Assembly: GCA_050178795.1 (NCBI GenBank) | Contig: JBFXFT010000006.1 | Span: forward strand, 315-64,314 | Direction of reading: 5' to 3' | Source: Spirochaetales bacterium | Lineage (GTDB): Bacteria > Bacillota > Clostridia > Christensenellales > UBA1242 | Length of the DNA stretch: 64,000 nucleotides | Part shown: positions 17,344 to 29,425 of the stretch, in pieces | How the letters are laid out: each line of letters opens with the position of its first letter | Numbering within the stretch: the first letter of the stretch is position 1 | Translations under genes and position numbers: made by a program | Notes under the pieces: model-generated | Told to the model about the DNA's origin: nothing | The model's database searches: none | What the model saw: only the letters and a program-made list of their open reading frames with translations

Positions 17344-18444
17344 ATGGGAACAAAAGACATAAAAGAGTACACAACTTATAGCGATTCAAACTATTATTCT
17401 TTTTTGACAGACGAAGACTTTAAATTAAGAAAACATTTAAAACTACAACGCTATATTGTGGGCAAATATCACGCAAAAAAGTTGGGTGTTGATTTAATTG
17501 AAACTATTGATGATATGAATAGCCTTTCTCGTGATAGATACTATTTGTCTATGGCTTCAAATGAAGATCGTATACCTAAATTAAGAAATCAAGCGAAGAG
17601 CTTAATTTTACAGGGCGCAGACTTGACAATATATGGATGTTTAGAAAACGAAATGTTTGGACCAGGTTCCTCGGCACTTGATTTAACTTTTTATCGCGAA
17701 AAGGAACAAGAATTAAAAAACTATTTGATTAGCGCTGGCGCAAATATTAATTCGCTAAGTTTAATTGAAACTTTGTCGTGGGCTTCCAATGATCAATATT
17801 CTACAAATGCCGACAATAAAGAACTGGACAGTGACACAAGAACTGCACTAAAATTGGAGAGGCTGATAAATGGTGGTTTTGCCACCGTTGACGGCAGATT
17901 GCAAAGTAAATTTTTTGGCAAAGTAACATTGAGTACTCCTCTAATTATTGCGGTAACTAAACTTAGGTTTCATACCATAAAAAAATTGCTTCAACTCAAC
18001 TCCAATCCATTTTATAGAGCAATACAATTTGATGTTTCAAATAATCGTAGCCAAAAGGAAACGCATTCAGAAAAACCTTTTGAACGAAAAACGGCACTAG
18101 AATATTGTTTTGATAAGAGAGCGTGGCTTATAGAACAATTAAGTGGGCAAATAGACGAAAAGATGTATCCAGACGCAAGGAATTTATATACAAAGCAACT
18201 ATTTGTTGCAGGCAAGATAATTGAACTTTTAACAAATTATGAGGACGAATGGAAAAGGGCAAACAAGTTTATACCAGAGGAATATTATAATAAAAATTTT
18301 TTGTGTTATGTGGTAGATAAAAAGAACAGTGAATTAACAAAAAAGGACGTAGGAAAAACGGTTTATAAAGTTAGACGAGTAGATAAAATATTAAAAATCA
18401 TAAATTCAAACAAGCCACAAGTAGAAAATAATTTAGAACTATAA
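17344..18444 (+). CDS. Hypothetical protein with ankyrin-repeat-like segments, translationally coupled to coaB
   Basis: 'LILQGADLTIYG', 'YLISAGANINSLS' and 'STPLIIAVTKLRFHTIKKLLQLNSNP' resemble ankyrin consensus pieces. The start lies 1 nt after the coaB stop. Confidence 0.4.
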   Translation: MGTKDIKEYTTYSDSNYYSFLTDEDFKLRKHLKLQRYIVGKYHAKKLGVDLIETIDDMNSLSRDRYYLSMASNEDRIPKLRNQAKSLILQGADLTIYGCLENEMFGPGSSALDLTFYREKEQELKNYLISAGANINSLSLIETLSWASNDQYSTNADNKELDSDTRTALKLERLINGGFATVDGRLQSKFFGKVTLSTPLIIAVTKLRFHTIKKLLQLNSNPFYRAIQFDVSNNRSQKETHSEKPFERKTALEYCFDKRAWLIEQLSGQIDEKMYPDARNLYTKQLFVAGKIIELLTNYEDEWKRANKFIPEEYYNKNFLCYVVDKKNSELTKKDVGKTVYKVRRVDKILKIINSNKPQVENNLEL

Positions 18445-18477
18445 AAAAAGCACAACATTTTGTTGTGCTTTTCAATT

Positions 18478-19035
18478 TTATGCTGTTTTTTCGTCTGGCA
18501 TTGTTATTTCTGCCACCCAGTTTATTGCTGGCTCTGTAAATAGTGTTTTAAAGCCGTGTTTTAAGTTGTCAAAATTTTTCTCATTTAGTGCGTGGTCTAA
18601 TTTGTCAACAAAAGACTTTTCAAGTAGTAGGGAGTCGTCTTCTTGCTTTGTTCCACTCGCAAATATGTAACTTGTCCAAGTGGACCAATCGTCGTGCTCT
18701 AAAGCGGCAATCGTCTCTAGCATATTTGGCTCTTTTAAAGTGCTAATCATAGTTTTAACTTGCTCGCTTTCAAAAGTTATGTGCTCTATGTCTTTTAGCC
18801 AACCTCTTGCAATATTTCTATCCGAATCTTTTTCCTCCTCAGATAAATCTCTATAAGCGGTTTTCATTTGCCTTGTCCAACGCTCAGATTTTTCTGCAGG
18901 AATTATTAAGTCGCCATTTTCAAGCCTTATGGAGTGTTTGTTTTGATTGTCAAGCCAATGGTTAAATTGCTTATGGTTTAAACTTGCAAGTATTTTTAAA
19001 TCGTGATTAAGTTTAATGTTTTCTTGAGAGTTCAT
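18478..19035 (-). CDS. Hypothetical acidic protein
   Basis: 185-aa ORF with terminators on both sides. Only a loose resemblance to RyR-type repeats ('YRDLSEEEKDSDRNIARGW') was seen. Confidence 0.45.
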   Translation of the reverse strand: MNSQENIKLNHDLKILASLNHKQFNHWLDNQNKHSIRLENGDLIIPAEKSERWTRQMKTAYRDLSEEEKDSDRNIARGWLKDIEHITFESEQVKTMISTLKEPNMLETIAALEHDDWSTWTSYIFASGTKQEDDSLLLEKSFVDKLDHALNEKNFDNLKHGFKTLFTEPAINWVAEITMPDEKTA

Positions 19036-19144
19036 TTTTTGCCTCTTTACAATAAAAATTTATTTATATTATATTACATAAGACCAAAAAAGGCAATATA
19101 AAAATTTTATAAAAAAACCAGTAGTTATACTGGCTTTTTATTAT

Positions 19145-19348
19145 TTATTTTATTATTCTGTCTATTAATTCATCAAGGCTTACACCATAAAAATCCGCTA
19201 ATTTTATGCATTCTTCTATATTCGGCATGTGTATATTCGCTTCCCAACGTGAAATGTTTTGCTGTTTAATATTTGTTTTTAAAGCCAGTTCGCTTTGGGT
19301 CAATTTATTTAATTGTCGTATTGTTTTTAGGCTTTTTCCTATATCCAT
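19145..19348 (-). CDS. XRE-family helix-turn-helix transcriptional regulator
   Basis: 'LKTIRQLNKLTQSELALKTNIKQQNISRWEAN'. Confidence 0.8.
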   Translation of the reverse strand: MDIGKSLKTIRQLNKLTQSELALKTNIKQQNISRWEANIHMPNIEECIKLADFYGVSLDELIDRIIK

Positions 19349-19409
19349 AAATTTATAACCTCTTTAATGTATTAATAAATATATTTTTACACGAATACGA
19401 GTAAAATAG

Positions 19410-19438
19410 TTGACTTACACGAAATCGTGTAATAAAAT
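19410..19438 (+). promoter_or_regulatory. Promoter with embedded perfect palindromic operator
   Basis: TTGACT (19410-19415), a 17-nt spacer, then TAAAAT (19433-19438). The spacer is filled by TTACACGA-AA-TCGTGTAA (19415-19432). A degenerate second copy lies at about 19386-19403. Confidence 0.55.
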
Positions 19439-19465
19439 ATTAAAAATGATAGATAGAGGTGAATT

Positions 19466-19885
19466 ATGTATTGTAGAAATTGTGGCAAAGAATTATTTGA
19501 TGACGCTTATGTTTGTTTGAGATGTGGTACAGCAGTTCCTGAAAATTTTGCCAAAGTAAAGGAGACGGTAGAAGTTCCTGAAAATAAATTTTGTCCTAAT
19601 TGTGGTAAAGAAATAGACAAAAACGCATATATCTGTATTAATTGTGGTGCAAAAATTCAAAATGATGAGAAAACATCAAATATTGATAATGGAAAGACTT
19701 TGGGCATAATTGGTATAATTTTTGCTCTTATTATACCTCTTGTAACATGGATTTGTAGTGGCATAGGGTTGAGTAGGGCGAACAAGGCGGGAGATGAGAG
19801 TTCCCAAACACTAAATATTGTTGCACTTATAATATCGGTTTTTGTTTTTCTAATTGTTCTACTAATCAATGTTTATTCTTATTAA
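19466..19885 (+). CDS. Double zinc-ribbon membrane protein (C-terminal CD225/dispanin-like 2-TM region)
   Basis: 'YCRNCGKEL...CLRCG' and 'FCPNCGKEI...CINCG', followed by two TM helices around 'GLSRANKAGDESS'. Confidence 0.6.
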   Translation: MYCRNCGKELFDDAYVCLRCGTAVPENFAKVKETVEVPENKFCPNCGKEIDKNAYICINCGAKIQNDEKTSNIDNGKTLGIIGIIFALIIPLVTWICSGIGLSRANKAGDESSQTLNIVALIISVFVFLIVLLINVYSY

Positions 19886-19927
19886 TATTCGTTTTACTTT
19901 TTTGTTATTTTATTATATAATTGACAC

Positions 19928-20116
19928 ATAAATCCGTTTAGTAGGTGTGGCGATCTATTAGGAGGTGCTAAAATGGCACTCGCTTTTATTGAATTTGTGC
20001 GTAAACAAAAATTAAGGTGAGAGCTTGTGCTCTAAATAGGGTGGAACCGCGGTTATATTTTTTAAAAAATCGTCCCTTGCAGTTTTATTTTTGCTAAAAA
20101 TTTAACTGCATTTTTT
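19928..20116 (+). promoter_or_regulatory. T-box riboswitch leader (glycine specifier GGC) with terminator
   Basis: T-box sequence 'AAATAGGGTGGAACCGCGG' at 20034-20052, with a UGGA bulge matching discriminator U. Specifier context 'AATGGCACT' (GGC at 19975-19977). Terminator TGCAGTT...AACTGCA plus T6 at 20078-20116. Putative promoter TTTACT-17-TATAAT at 19893-19921. Confidence 0.85.
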
Positions 20117-20139
20117 ATTTAAAAGTTAGGAGACATATT

Positions 20140-21528
20140 ATGAGCAAAGTAACAATGGACAAGGTAGTTAACTTATGCAAAAACAGAGGTTTTATTTTTG
20201 CAGGAAGTGAAATTTATGGTGGACTAGCAAACGCTTGGGACTACGGTCAACTAGGAGTTGAATTAAAAAACAACATAAAGCGAGCATGGTGGAAAAAGTT
20301 TGTGCAAGAGAGCCCTTACAACGTAGGACTTGACAGTGCAATTTTAATGAATCCAAAAACTTGGGAAGCAAGCGGACATCTAAGTGGTTTTAGTGACCCA
20401 CTTATGGACTGCAAGACGTGTAAAACTAGGCATAGAGCGGATACTTTAATTGAAAATTATCTAAATAAAAAAGGCAAGACAGAAAAAATTGAGGGTATGA
20501 CTAACAGCCAGTTAAAGGCTTACATTGACGAGCACGGCATCGCTTGTCCCAACTGTGGCGGACACGACTTTACAGATATTAGAAGTTTTAACCTTATGTT
20601 TAAGACCTTTATGGGTGTAAGTGAAGACAGCGTTAACACTGTTTATTTAAGACCAGAGACCGCACAAGGCATTTTTGTTAACTTTAAAAATGTTGCAAGG
20701 ACTACGAGGAAAAAAATACCATTTGGAATAGCACAAATAGGCAAGAGTTTTAGAAACGAAATAACTCCAGGCAATTTTATTTTTAGAATTCGTGAGTTTG
20801 AGCAAATGGAGTTAGAGTTCTTTTGTAAACCAGGCGAAGACTTAGAGTGGTTTGATTATTGGAAAAACTTTTGTTACAACTGGTTATTAAAACTTGGTAT
20901 GAAAAAGGAAAGTTTAAGTATGCGCGACCACGCAAAAGAGGAACTTAGCCATTACTCTAAGGCAACGACAGATATTGAATTTATGTTTCCTTTTGGAAAG
21001 GGCGAACTTTGGGGCATAGCAGATAGGACTGACTTTGACCTTAAAAGGCACAGTGAAGTTAGCGGCGTTAACTTGGAGTACTTAGACCCTGTGACTAATG
21101 AAAAATATTTGCCTTACGTAATTGAGCCAAGTTTAGGTGCAGATAGGGTGCTACTTGCATTTTTGAGCGACGCCTATGAGGAAGAAGAGTTAGAGGGTGG
21201 CGACACAAGAGTAGTGTTACATTTGCACCCAGCATTAGCACCTTATAAAGTTGCTGTACTTCCTCTTGTTAAAAAGTTGCATACGGAAAAAGCAGAAGAG
21301 GTTTTTGCACTTTTAAGTAACCACTTTATGTGCGACTATGATGAGTCAGGTAGCATTGGTAAACGCTATCGTAGACAAGACGAAGTAGGAACGCCATTTA
21401 GCATAACAATAGATGATGAAACTTTAAACAAAGGCACAGTTACAATAAGGCATAGAGACACTATGGTTCAAGAGGTAGTAAAAGTAGAAGACGTAGCAAG
21501 TTATGTTGAAAAATATTTAGAGTTTTAA
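20140..21528 (+). CDS. glyQS: Glycine--tRNA ligase (homodimeric class II type)
   Basis: '[37 protein letters not shown]', '[14 protein letters not shown]' and '[25 protein letters not shown]'. Confidence 0.95.
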   Translation: MSKVTMDKVVNLCKNRGFIFAGSEIYGGLANAWDYGQLGVELKNNIKRAWWKKFVQESPYNVGLDSAILMNPKTWEASGHLSGFSDPLMDCKTCKTRHRADTLIENYLNKKGKTEKIEGMTNSQLKAYIDEHGIACPNCGGHDFTDIRSFNLMFKTFMGVSEDSVNTVYLRPETAQGIFVNFKNVARTTRKKIPFGIAQIGKSFRNEITPGNFIFRIREFEQMELEFFCKPGEDLEWFDYWKNFCYNWLLKLGMKKESLSMRDHAKEELSHYSKATTDIEFMFPFGKGELWGIADRTDFDLKRHSEVSGVNLEYLDPVTNEKYLPYVIEPSLGADRVLLAFLSDAYEEEELEGGDTRVVLHLHPALAPYKVAVLPLVKKLHTEKAEEVFALLSNHFMCDYDESGSIGKRYRRQDEVGTPFSITIDDETLNKGTVTIRHRDTMVQEVVKVEDVASYVEKYLEF

Positions 21529-21542
21529 AAACATTTAAGCAT

Positions 21543-21571
21543 AAAAAAAGAGGGATTAATCCCTCTTTTTA
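21543..21571. terminator. Bidirectional intrinsic terminator
   Basis: GAGGGA-ttaa-TCCCTC flanked by A7 and T5 runs. Confidence 0.8.
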
Positions 21572-21580
21572 TTTGTTTTT

Positions 21581-22036
21581 TTACACTTCTTTGTAGTTAT
21601 AAATTTCCAAATCTCTTACGTGGTCTTCGCCTTCAAAAGTAAATGTTCTATTGTGCTCGCCTTCAACCATGCCAGTAATTTTAAAAATTTCGCCAGATTT
21701 ATTCTTTAATAGAGTGTTTGGTTTAAACTTTGCTTTACCCAAAAATGTAAAGGTTTTTGCCTCTCTATCCATTTCAAGTAGTGGTTTTAAAACACCCTTT
21801 ATGCCTTGGTCAATTAGTTTAAATTGCTCAGCATTTTCACTAAAAGTTTTGCTAATATAGGCTGCTATTGCCATATTTTTTTTAGTTTTATCTACCTTTG
21901 CTTTTATTTTGTCCCCAAGTTTATTGAAAAAACTGCCATCAATTACCTTTTTTTCTTTTTTAGGCTCATCAACTTTTTCTGCCTCAGCAGTTACAGTTGG
22001 TTCTGAAGTGCTTTCAATTTTTTCTTCTTCTGCCAT
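21581..22036 (-). CDS. Hypothetical protein with an acidic/lysine-rich N-terminus
   Basis: 151-aa ORF bounded by a terminator and an upstream RBS (AGGAGAAGG). No family was recognised. Confidence 0.5.
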   Translation of the reverse strand: MAEEEKIESTSEPTVTAEAEKVDEPKKEKKVIDGSFFNKLGDKIKAKVDKTKKNMAIAAYISKTFSENAEQFKLIDQGIKGVLKPLLEMDREAKTFTFLGKAKFKPNTLLKNKSGEIFKITGMVEGEHNRTFTFEGEDHVRDLEIYNYKEV

Positions 22037-22185
22037 TTTTACCTTCTCCTTACATATTAACTAATTGAATTGTAGCATAAAAAGATATCAAAAAGCAATT
22101 TTTTTTGTATTGACGATAAAAAAATATTGTGGTACTATATTAGAGTACTATTTATAGTTAGCAAGCAATAAAAGGAATTTGAATT

Positions 22186-22584
22186 ATGGAAAATAAAGAT
22201 TTAAACAACAAATATTACATATTTGAAGGCAACAATATGTATGCAAAATCAAAATATAGTTTAGAAGAGGCAAAGGCTGCTTTTGCAACCATGCAAGACT
22301 GTGAAAACTGTGTAAACAGCGTTAATTGCAGCGAGTGCCAAAATTTAGTAAATTGTCAATATTGCGACAGTTGTGAAAATTTGGTTAACTGCACAAACTG
22401 TAGAGACACTAAAAATTCAAAAGGTTGTGATGATTGCCAAAATTGTGACAGTTGCGACAGTTGTGAAGACTGTGAAAACTGCACTTCTTGTGTAAACTGC
22501 GAAAGATGTGAAAAATGTATAAGTGTAGAAAATTTGGTGGCAAAAAGAGGTATTGACGGCACAGAAAACCAAATTGTAATGTAA
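22186..22584 (+). CDS. Cysteine-repeat protein (20 Cys in 73 residues; (CxxC)n array)
   Basis: aa 39-111 read 'CENCVNSVNCSECQNLVNCQYCDSCENLVNCTNC...CDDCQNCDSCDSCEDCENCTSCVNCERCEKC'. Promoter TTGACG-17-(TGG)TACTAT lies upstream and a terminator downstream. Confidence 0.6.
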   Translation: MENKDLNNKYYIFEGNNMYAKSKYSLEEAKAAFATMQDCENCVNSVNCSECQNLVNCQYCDSCENLVNCTNCRDTKNSKGCDDCQNCDSCDSCEDCENCTSCVNCERCEKCISVENLVAKRGIDGTENQIVM

Positions 22585-22712
22585 TACAATAAAAACTACA
22601 TAAAAACTGTTTATTATATAGACAGTTTTTTTATTTGACTTATGGACTTACATTGAATAAAATGATTATATATGGTAAATTCGCCTATTGTGTGCGAATA
22701 CTAGGAGTTTTT

Positions 22713-23978
22713 ATGAAGAAGAGAATATTTAGTTTAATATTGGTGGCTAGTTTTATCGCTACATCTGTTACATTTGTTAGTGGTTGTGGGGAAGTAAAGC
22801 CAGAAGACTATGTTGCGACCACTCCAGTAAGTTATGTAACATTAAATGTAAACCCAAGTATTGAACTAGTTACAGATACTAACGATAGGGTTGTTGCAAT
22901 AAACTCTGTAAATGATGACGGAGAGGCAATTTTAAGTGTAGCAAACTATTATGGATACAAAATTGAGGACGCAACTATTGCAATAGCGAGAACTATGGCT
23001 CAAGCGGGCTATATTGAAGCACTTGCAAGCAGTGAAGACAGCGAAAACGCTTTTTACATATCTGTAGTCGCTACAACTAATGAAATACAAGAAAGGGTTG
23101 AAAGCAAAATAAAGGCAAATGCCGATGACTTTTTTAGAACCAGTGGTATTTTTGCTTTTGCTGTAGCACATGGTGTGCCAGATAGAATTGACGATTTGGC
23201 ATATAACATCTTTAACAACACAAGCAGTGGAAATTTACTATTCTTAATGTTAAAAGCAATGTCATACGACCCAGATTTATCAATTGATGATGTTGCAGAC
23301 CTTAATTATTCCGAACTAATGAATACCATTAGAACCCAAATGAATAATATGGAAGAACTTCATACTCAAACACAAAAACAAGCCTATTTGGCGGCAAGGG
23401 AGACTTTACAAGAAGGTTTTGAACAAGACTTAGCAACATTATTTAATGATGCGTCATACGACACTCTACTAAGTGAACTTGCAACTTTAATAGCTGACTA
23501 TCAATATGCAATAGCACATAGTGAAAGCATAACTACAATAGTTGAAGCAATACAAGACAAGCAAGATGCGATAGACACTTTAAAGGCAACTTTAATTGTC
23601 TCTCACTCTGGCGCTTATGTAACATTGAGAAACACATATCAAGCACAAGTTCAAGCAACTTTAAGTAATTATGCTGACTCTGCAAGCAATCAAACTGCGG
23701 TTCAACTACTTGCAACGCTAAGGACGCAATATGAAATAAATTATAACTTTGCAACGCAATCTGCTGGCAAGAGTTTTGAGTTTCAATATGACGCATGGAA
23801 ACCTGTAACAACAACCGAAATAGATACATTTATGAGTACCACTGCAATGAGGGCAAAAAGTACAGTGGTTGAAAATACAATAGTGGCAGCAGTTCAAAAC
23901 GCAATAGACAAAATTACGCCATACAATGCAGGCAGATTTGGAGACAGTGAAACAATAATTTGGACTTTGTCTATGTAA
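22713..23978 (+). CDS. Lipoprotein, function unknown
   Basis: 'MKKRIFSLILVASFIATSVTFVSGC' has a lipobox (VSG|C). RBS AGGAG lies 6 nt before the ATG at 22713. The ORF-track TTG start at 22635 was rejected. Confidence 0.7.
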   Translation: MKKRIFSLILVASFIATSVTFVSGCGEVKPEDYVATTPVSYVTLNVNPSIELVTDTNDRVVAINSVNDDGEAILSVANYYGYKIEDATIAIARTMAQAGYIEALASSEDSENAFYISVVATTNEIQERVESKIKANADDFFRTSGIFAFAVAHGVPDRIDDLAYNIFNNTSSGNLLFLMLKAMSYDPDLSIDDVADLNYSELMNTIRTQMNNMEELHTQTQKQAYLAARETLQEGFEQDLATLFNDASYDTLLSELATLIADYQYAIAHSESITTIVEAIQDKQDAIDTLKATLIVSHSGAYVTLRNTYQAQVQATLSNYADSASNQTAVQLLATLRTQYEINYNFATQSAGKSFEFQYDAWKPVTTTEIDTFMSTTAMRAKSTVVENTIVAAVQNAIDKITPYNAGRFGDSETIIWTLSM

Positions 23979-24055
23979 GATTAAAATTGCCTCTTTACAA
24001 CACATAATTTTTTAGGTATAATTTAATAAGAAAATTAAAAAGGAAATTGAGGATT

Positions 24056-25414
24056 ATGCGAAAAGCAAGAATATTTAAGGTCTTATTGGTGCTATCTTTA
24101 GTTTTCTTTTTTGCGTACGTAGAATTTACTTGGAACTTTAACACCTACATTTTCCCATATTTGGATGAGGGAACAACTTTAACTGAGGTATATGCTCTAT
24201 ATCAAGACTTTAGTGCCCCAATTGATGAAGTAAACTACGCTTACACCGATGTAGAAGAAGAGGACTATGATACGGCACAAAGCGAACTTCTTATGCACAA
24301 TGTGCATATATTTAACCTAGACGGCGAATTAAATGATATAAATCCGCTTGAAAATAATCTTTTACCAAGCGGACCAGTTAGCCTAAACACAAAAGAACTA
24401 ATTGCTATTTTTAATTTATTACTTCAAAACAATGTAAAACTTAATGAAATGGGACTTCGCATAAAGATGGATGTCGTAAATCAATTTGACCCTCAAATAT
24501 ATGGTCTTAACATTGTTACAGATAGCGCAGATTACGACTTAGGAATAAACATAATTGCAAAACTAAGTACATCTTGGTTCAAGCAAAAACTTGCTTTTAT
24601 TGCTGACTTTTTCCCAGATTATTTTTATATTAAGAGCAACAACTATTTTAATATTGTAGACGGACAATATACACTGTTAGACAGCACGCTTACAGTAAAC
24701 GACTTAAACATTGAAAGAAGTTCACTAATTTTGAGAGTGCTAGAACGAAATCTAAAATTAGAAGAGGGCACATTAAACAAATACTTTTTAAACGACACAG
24801 TAGTTGAACCATTTTTTGAGTATGTTAACCTAGCGAAGACCTATTTGAATGTAGATGTAACTTTTGAAGCCGACCAATTAAACATTGTTCCTGGTGATGC
24901 CACTCTCAGTTATGCCGATTTAAAAGAGTATGCAAATGAAATATTCACCTCAACATCTTTACAAGAGACACTAGGTATAAGCAGTGATGCCTTTGATAAA
25001 GTAGCTCCAACCATAACATCGGTTGTGGCTTCAACTATTGGTTATACAACAACAATTGACTTAGAGGTTCATTTAAACTTAACTAAACTAAAAACAACGC
25101 TAACCGCCCTTCAAAATTTGGTGGTGCCAGCAAGCGTAGATGTAGAAATTCAATTTGTATTTTTCTGCACAAGCACTTACATCAGTTTAACTAGCAGTAA
25201 CATACAGCTTAAAAATGTTAGTGCTAGTTTGAGCGACACAATACTAAACATAGTTATTCCAAGTTTTAAAATTGATGGCGTTTCAAATGTTACGCAACTT
25301 GAATATAAAATAAACAGCGAAATAAGAAAATATCTGTTGGAAATCCCAACTTTTACTGGAAGAAAAATTTTAGTAAGCAGTCAAGGAATATTACTTGCAT
25401 TACGCGGCTATTAA
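24056..25414 (+). CDS. Hypothetical N-terminally anchored envelope protein
   Basis: TM helix 'IFKVLLVLSLVFFFAYV'. GAGG lies 5 nt before the ATG at 24056. Confidence 0.55.
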   Translation: MRKARIFKVLLVLSLVFFFAYVEFTWNFNTYIFPYLDEGTTLTEVYALYQDFSAPIDEVNYAYTDVEEEDYDTAQSELLMHNVHIFNLDGELNDINPLENNLLPSGPVSLNTKELIAIFNLLLQNNVKLNEMGLRIKMDVVNQFDPQIYGLNIVTDSADYDLGINIIAKLSTSWFKQKLAFIADFFPDYFYIKSNNYFNIVDGQYTLLDSTLTVNDLNIERSSLILRVLERNLKLEEGTLNKYFLNDTVVEPFFEYVNLAKTYLNVDVTFEADQLNIVPGDATLSYADLKEYANEIFTSTSLQETLGISSDAFDKVAPTITSVVASTIGYTTTIDLEVHLNLTKLKTTLTALQNLVVPASVDVEIQFVFFCTSTYISLTSSNIQLKNVSASLSDTILNIVIPSFKIDGVSNVTQLEYKINSEIRKYLLEIPTFTGRKILVSSQGILLALRGY

Positions 25415-25622
25415 ACATAGCCGCCTATTTTTTTAAAATTATCGTTATGAAAAAGTTTAATTATATTAGTATATTATATATAGATAATATGCAAAAATGG
25501 CAATTTGTTTATTTTTAAGTGCCAATTTTTTGTCAAATCAATGGCAAATTTTGCCTTTTTTACCACTTTTTGATGTGTCAAAAAAAAGATGTAAAAAAAA
25601 ACATAAAAAATCAAAAAAAATG

Positions 25623-25651
25623 TTGACAGGGCAAAATCGTTATGTTAGAAT
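25623..25651 (+). promoter_or_regulatory. Strong sigma-A promoter of the 23S-5S operon, with an A-rich UP-like region upstream
   Basis: TTGACA (25623-25628), a 17-nt spacer ending in TGT, then TAGAAT (25646-25651). Long A-tracts occupy 25580-25620. Confidence 0.7.
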
Positions 25652-25974
25652 GTAGGAGCGTTTGGGCTGTTTTGCCTATAAACGTGTGTACATTGACAAC
25701 TGCATAATAAATAGAGCGATATCAAATATCTATATTAGATATTAGACATCAAGAGAAATCAAAAATTCAAGTTAATTAAAAATAATTAACGGTGTAATAT
25801 GTATATTCACAATATAAGCAAATGGCAATTTATTGCTGTTGAATTGCGAAAACAATTTACGCTGAGTTTAACAATAAAATAACATTTGAACGCAAAAATG
25901 CTAAATTTTTAAATTTAAGTAAAATGTAAACAAAACAAAAAAAGACATTTAAAATGTCAAGAATCGACGTATAC

Positions 25975-28910
<2,936 letters not shown>

Positions 28911-29069
28911 ACAATGTAAGTGAGTAAACTTTTTCTACAAAAAGGAGTTTACAATAGACTTACGACTAGATTCTTATTACTAGAAGGTGCAAATTTCTAG
29001 TAAAAACCAATTTCACTAATCTCTATTTTTATGCAGTTGTGAGTGTACAACAAAAGACATTCAACCATT

Positions 29070-29186
<117 letters not shown>

Positions 29187-29199
29187 TTCAATTAAAAAA

Positions 29200-29224
29200 G
29201 CGAGGTATTAAACCTCGCTTTTTT
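29200..29224 (+). terminator. Intrinsic terminator of the rRNA operon
   Basis: GCGAGGT-attaa-ACCTCGC followed by T6. Confidence 0.85.
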
Positions 29225-29249
29225 CTTGAATAAGCCCGTTATATCAACG

Positions 29250-29350
29250 CAATTTCTTCGTTTGCTGTGCGTCCTTTAAAAACAGTCATTTAGGTCAAAC
29301 TAAACTCCTGCTGTGATAAAACTTGCCGAGCCTTGAATTTTACTAAAATT
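29250..29350 (+). repeat. Copy A of a ~100-nt repeated intergenic element (possible structured RNA)
   Basis: It shares the blocks TTCGTT.CTGT, AAACAGTCA, CTCCTGCT, TGCCGAGCC and AATTTT.CTAAAATT in the same order as 49964-50063. Confidence 0.6.
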
Positions 29351-29425
29351 AACAAGCGTATTTTATTAATTTTTAGTTAACATTAAAAAATTATTATGAT
29401 AGACTTAAAAAAAAGGAGAAAATAT

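Noticed and set aside
11190-22518. CRISPR array candidates (the 18-bp tandem repeat at 11190-11227 and DNA repeats in the Cys-rich gene at 22300-22518)
   Set aside because: The first has only two copies with a 2-nt spacer. The second consists of in-frame coding repeats. No cas genes are present.
22356-22589. 77-aa minus-strand ORF
   Set aside because: It is antisense to the Cys-repeat gene. It is a repeat-driven open frame with no RBS.
25941-25962. Similarity of AGACATTTAAAATGTC in the 23S leader to the terminator hairpin AGACATTTTAAAATGTCT at about 44625-44645
   Set aside because: It is a short AT-rich palindrome in two unrelated contexts and is probably coincidental.
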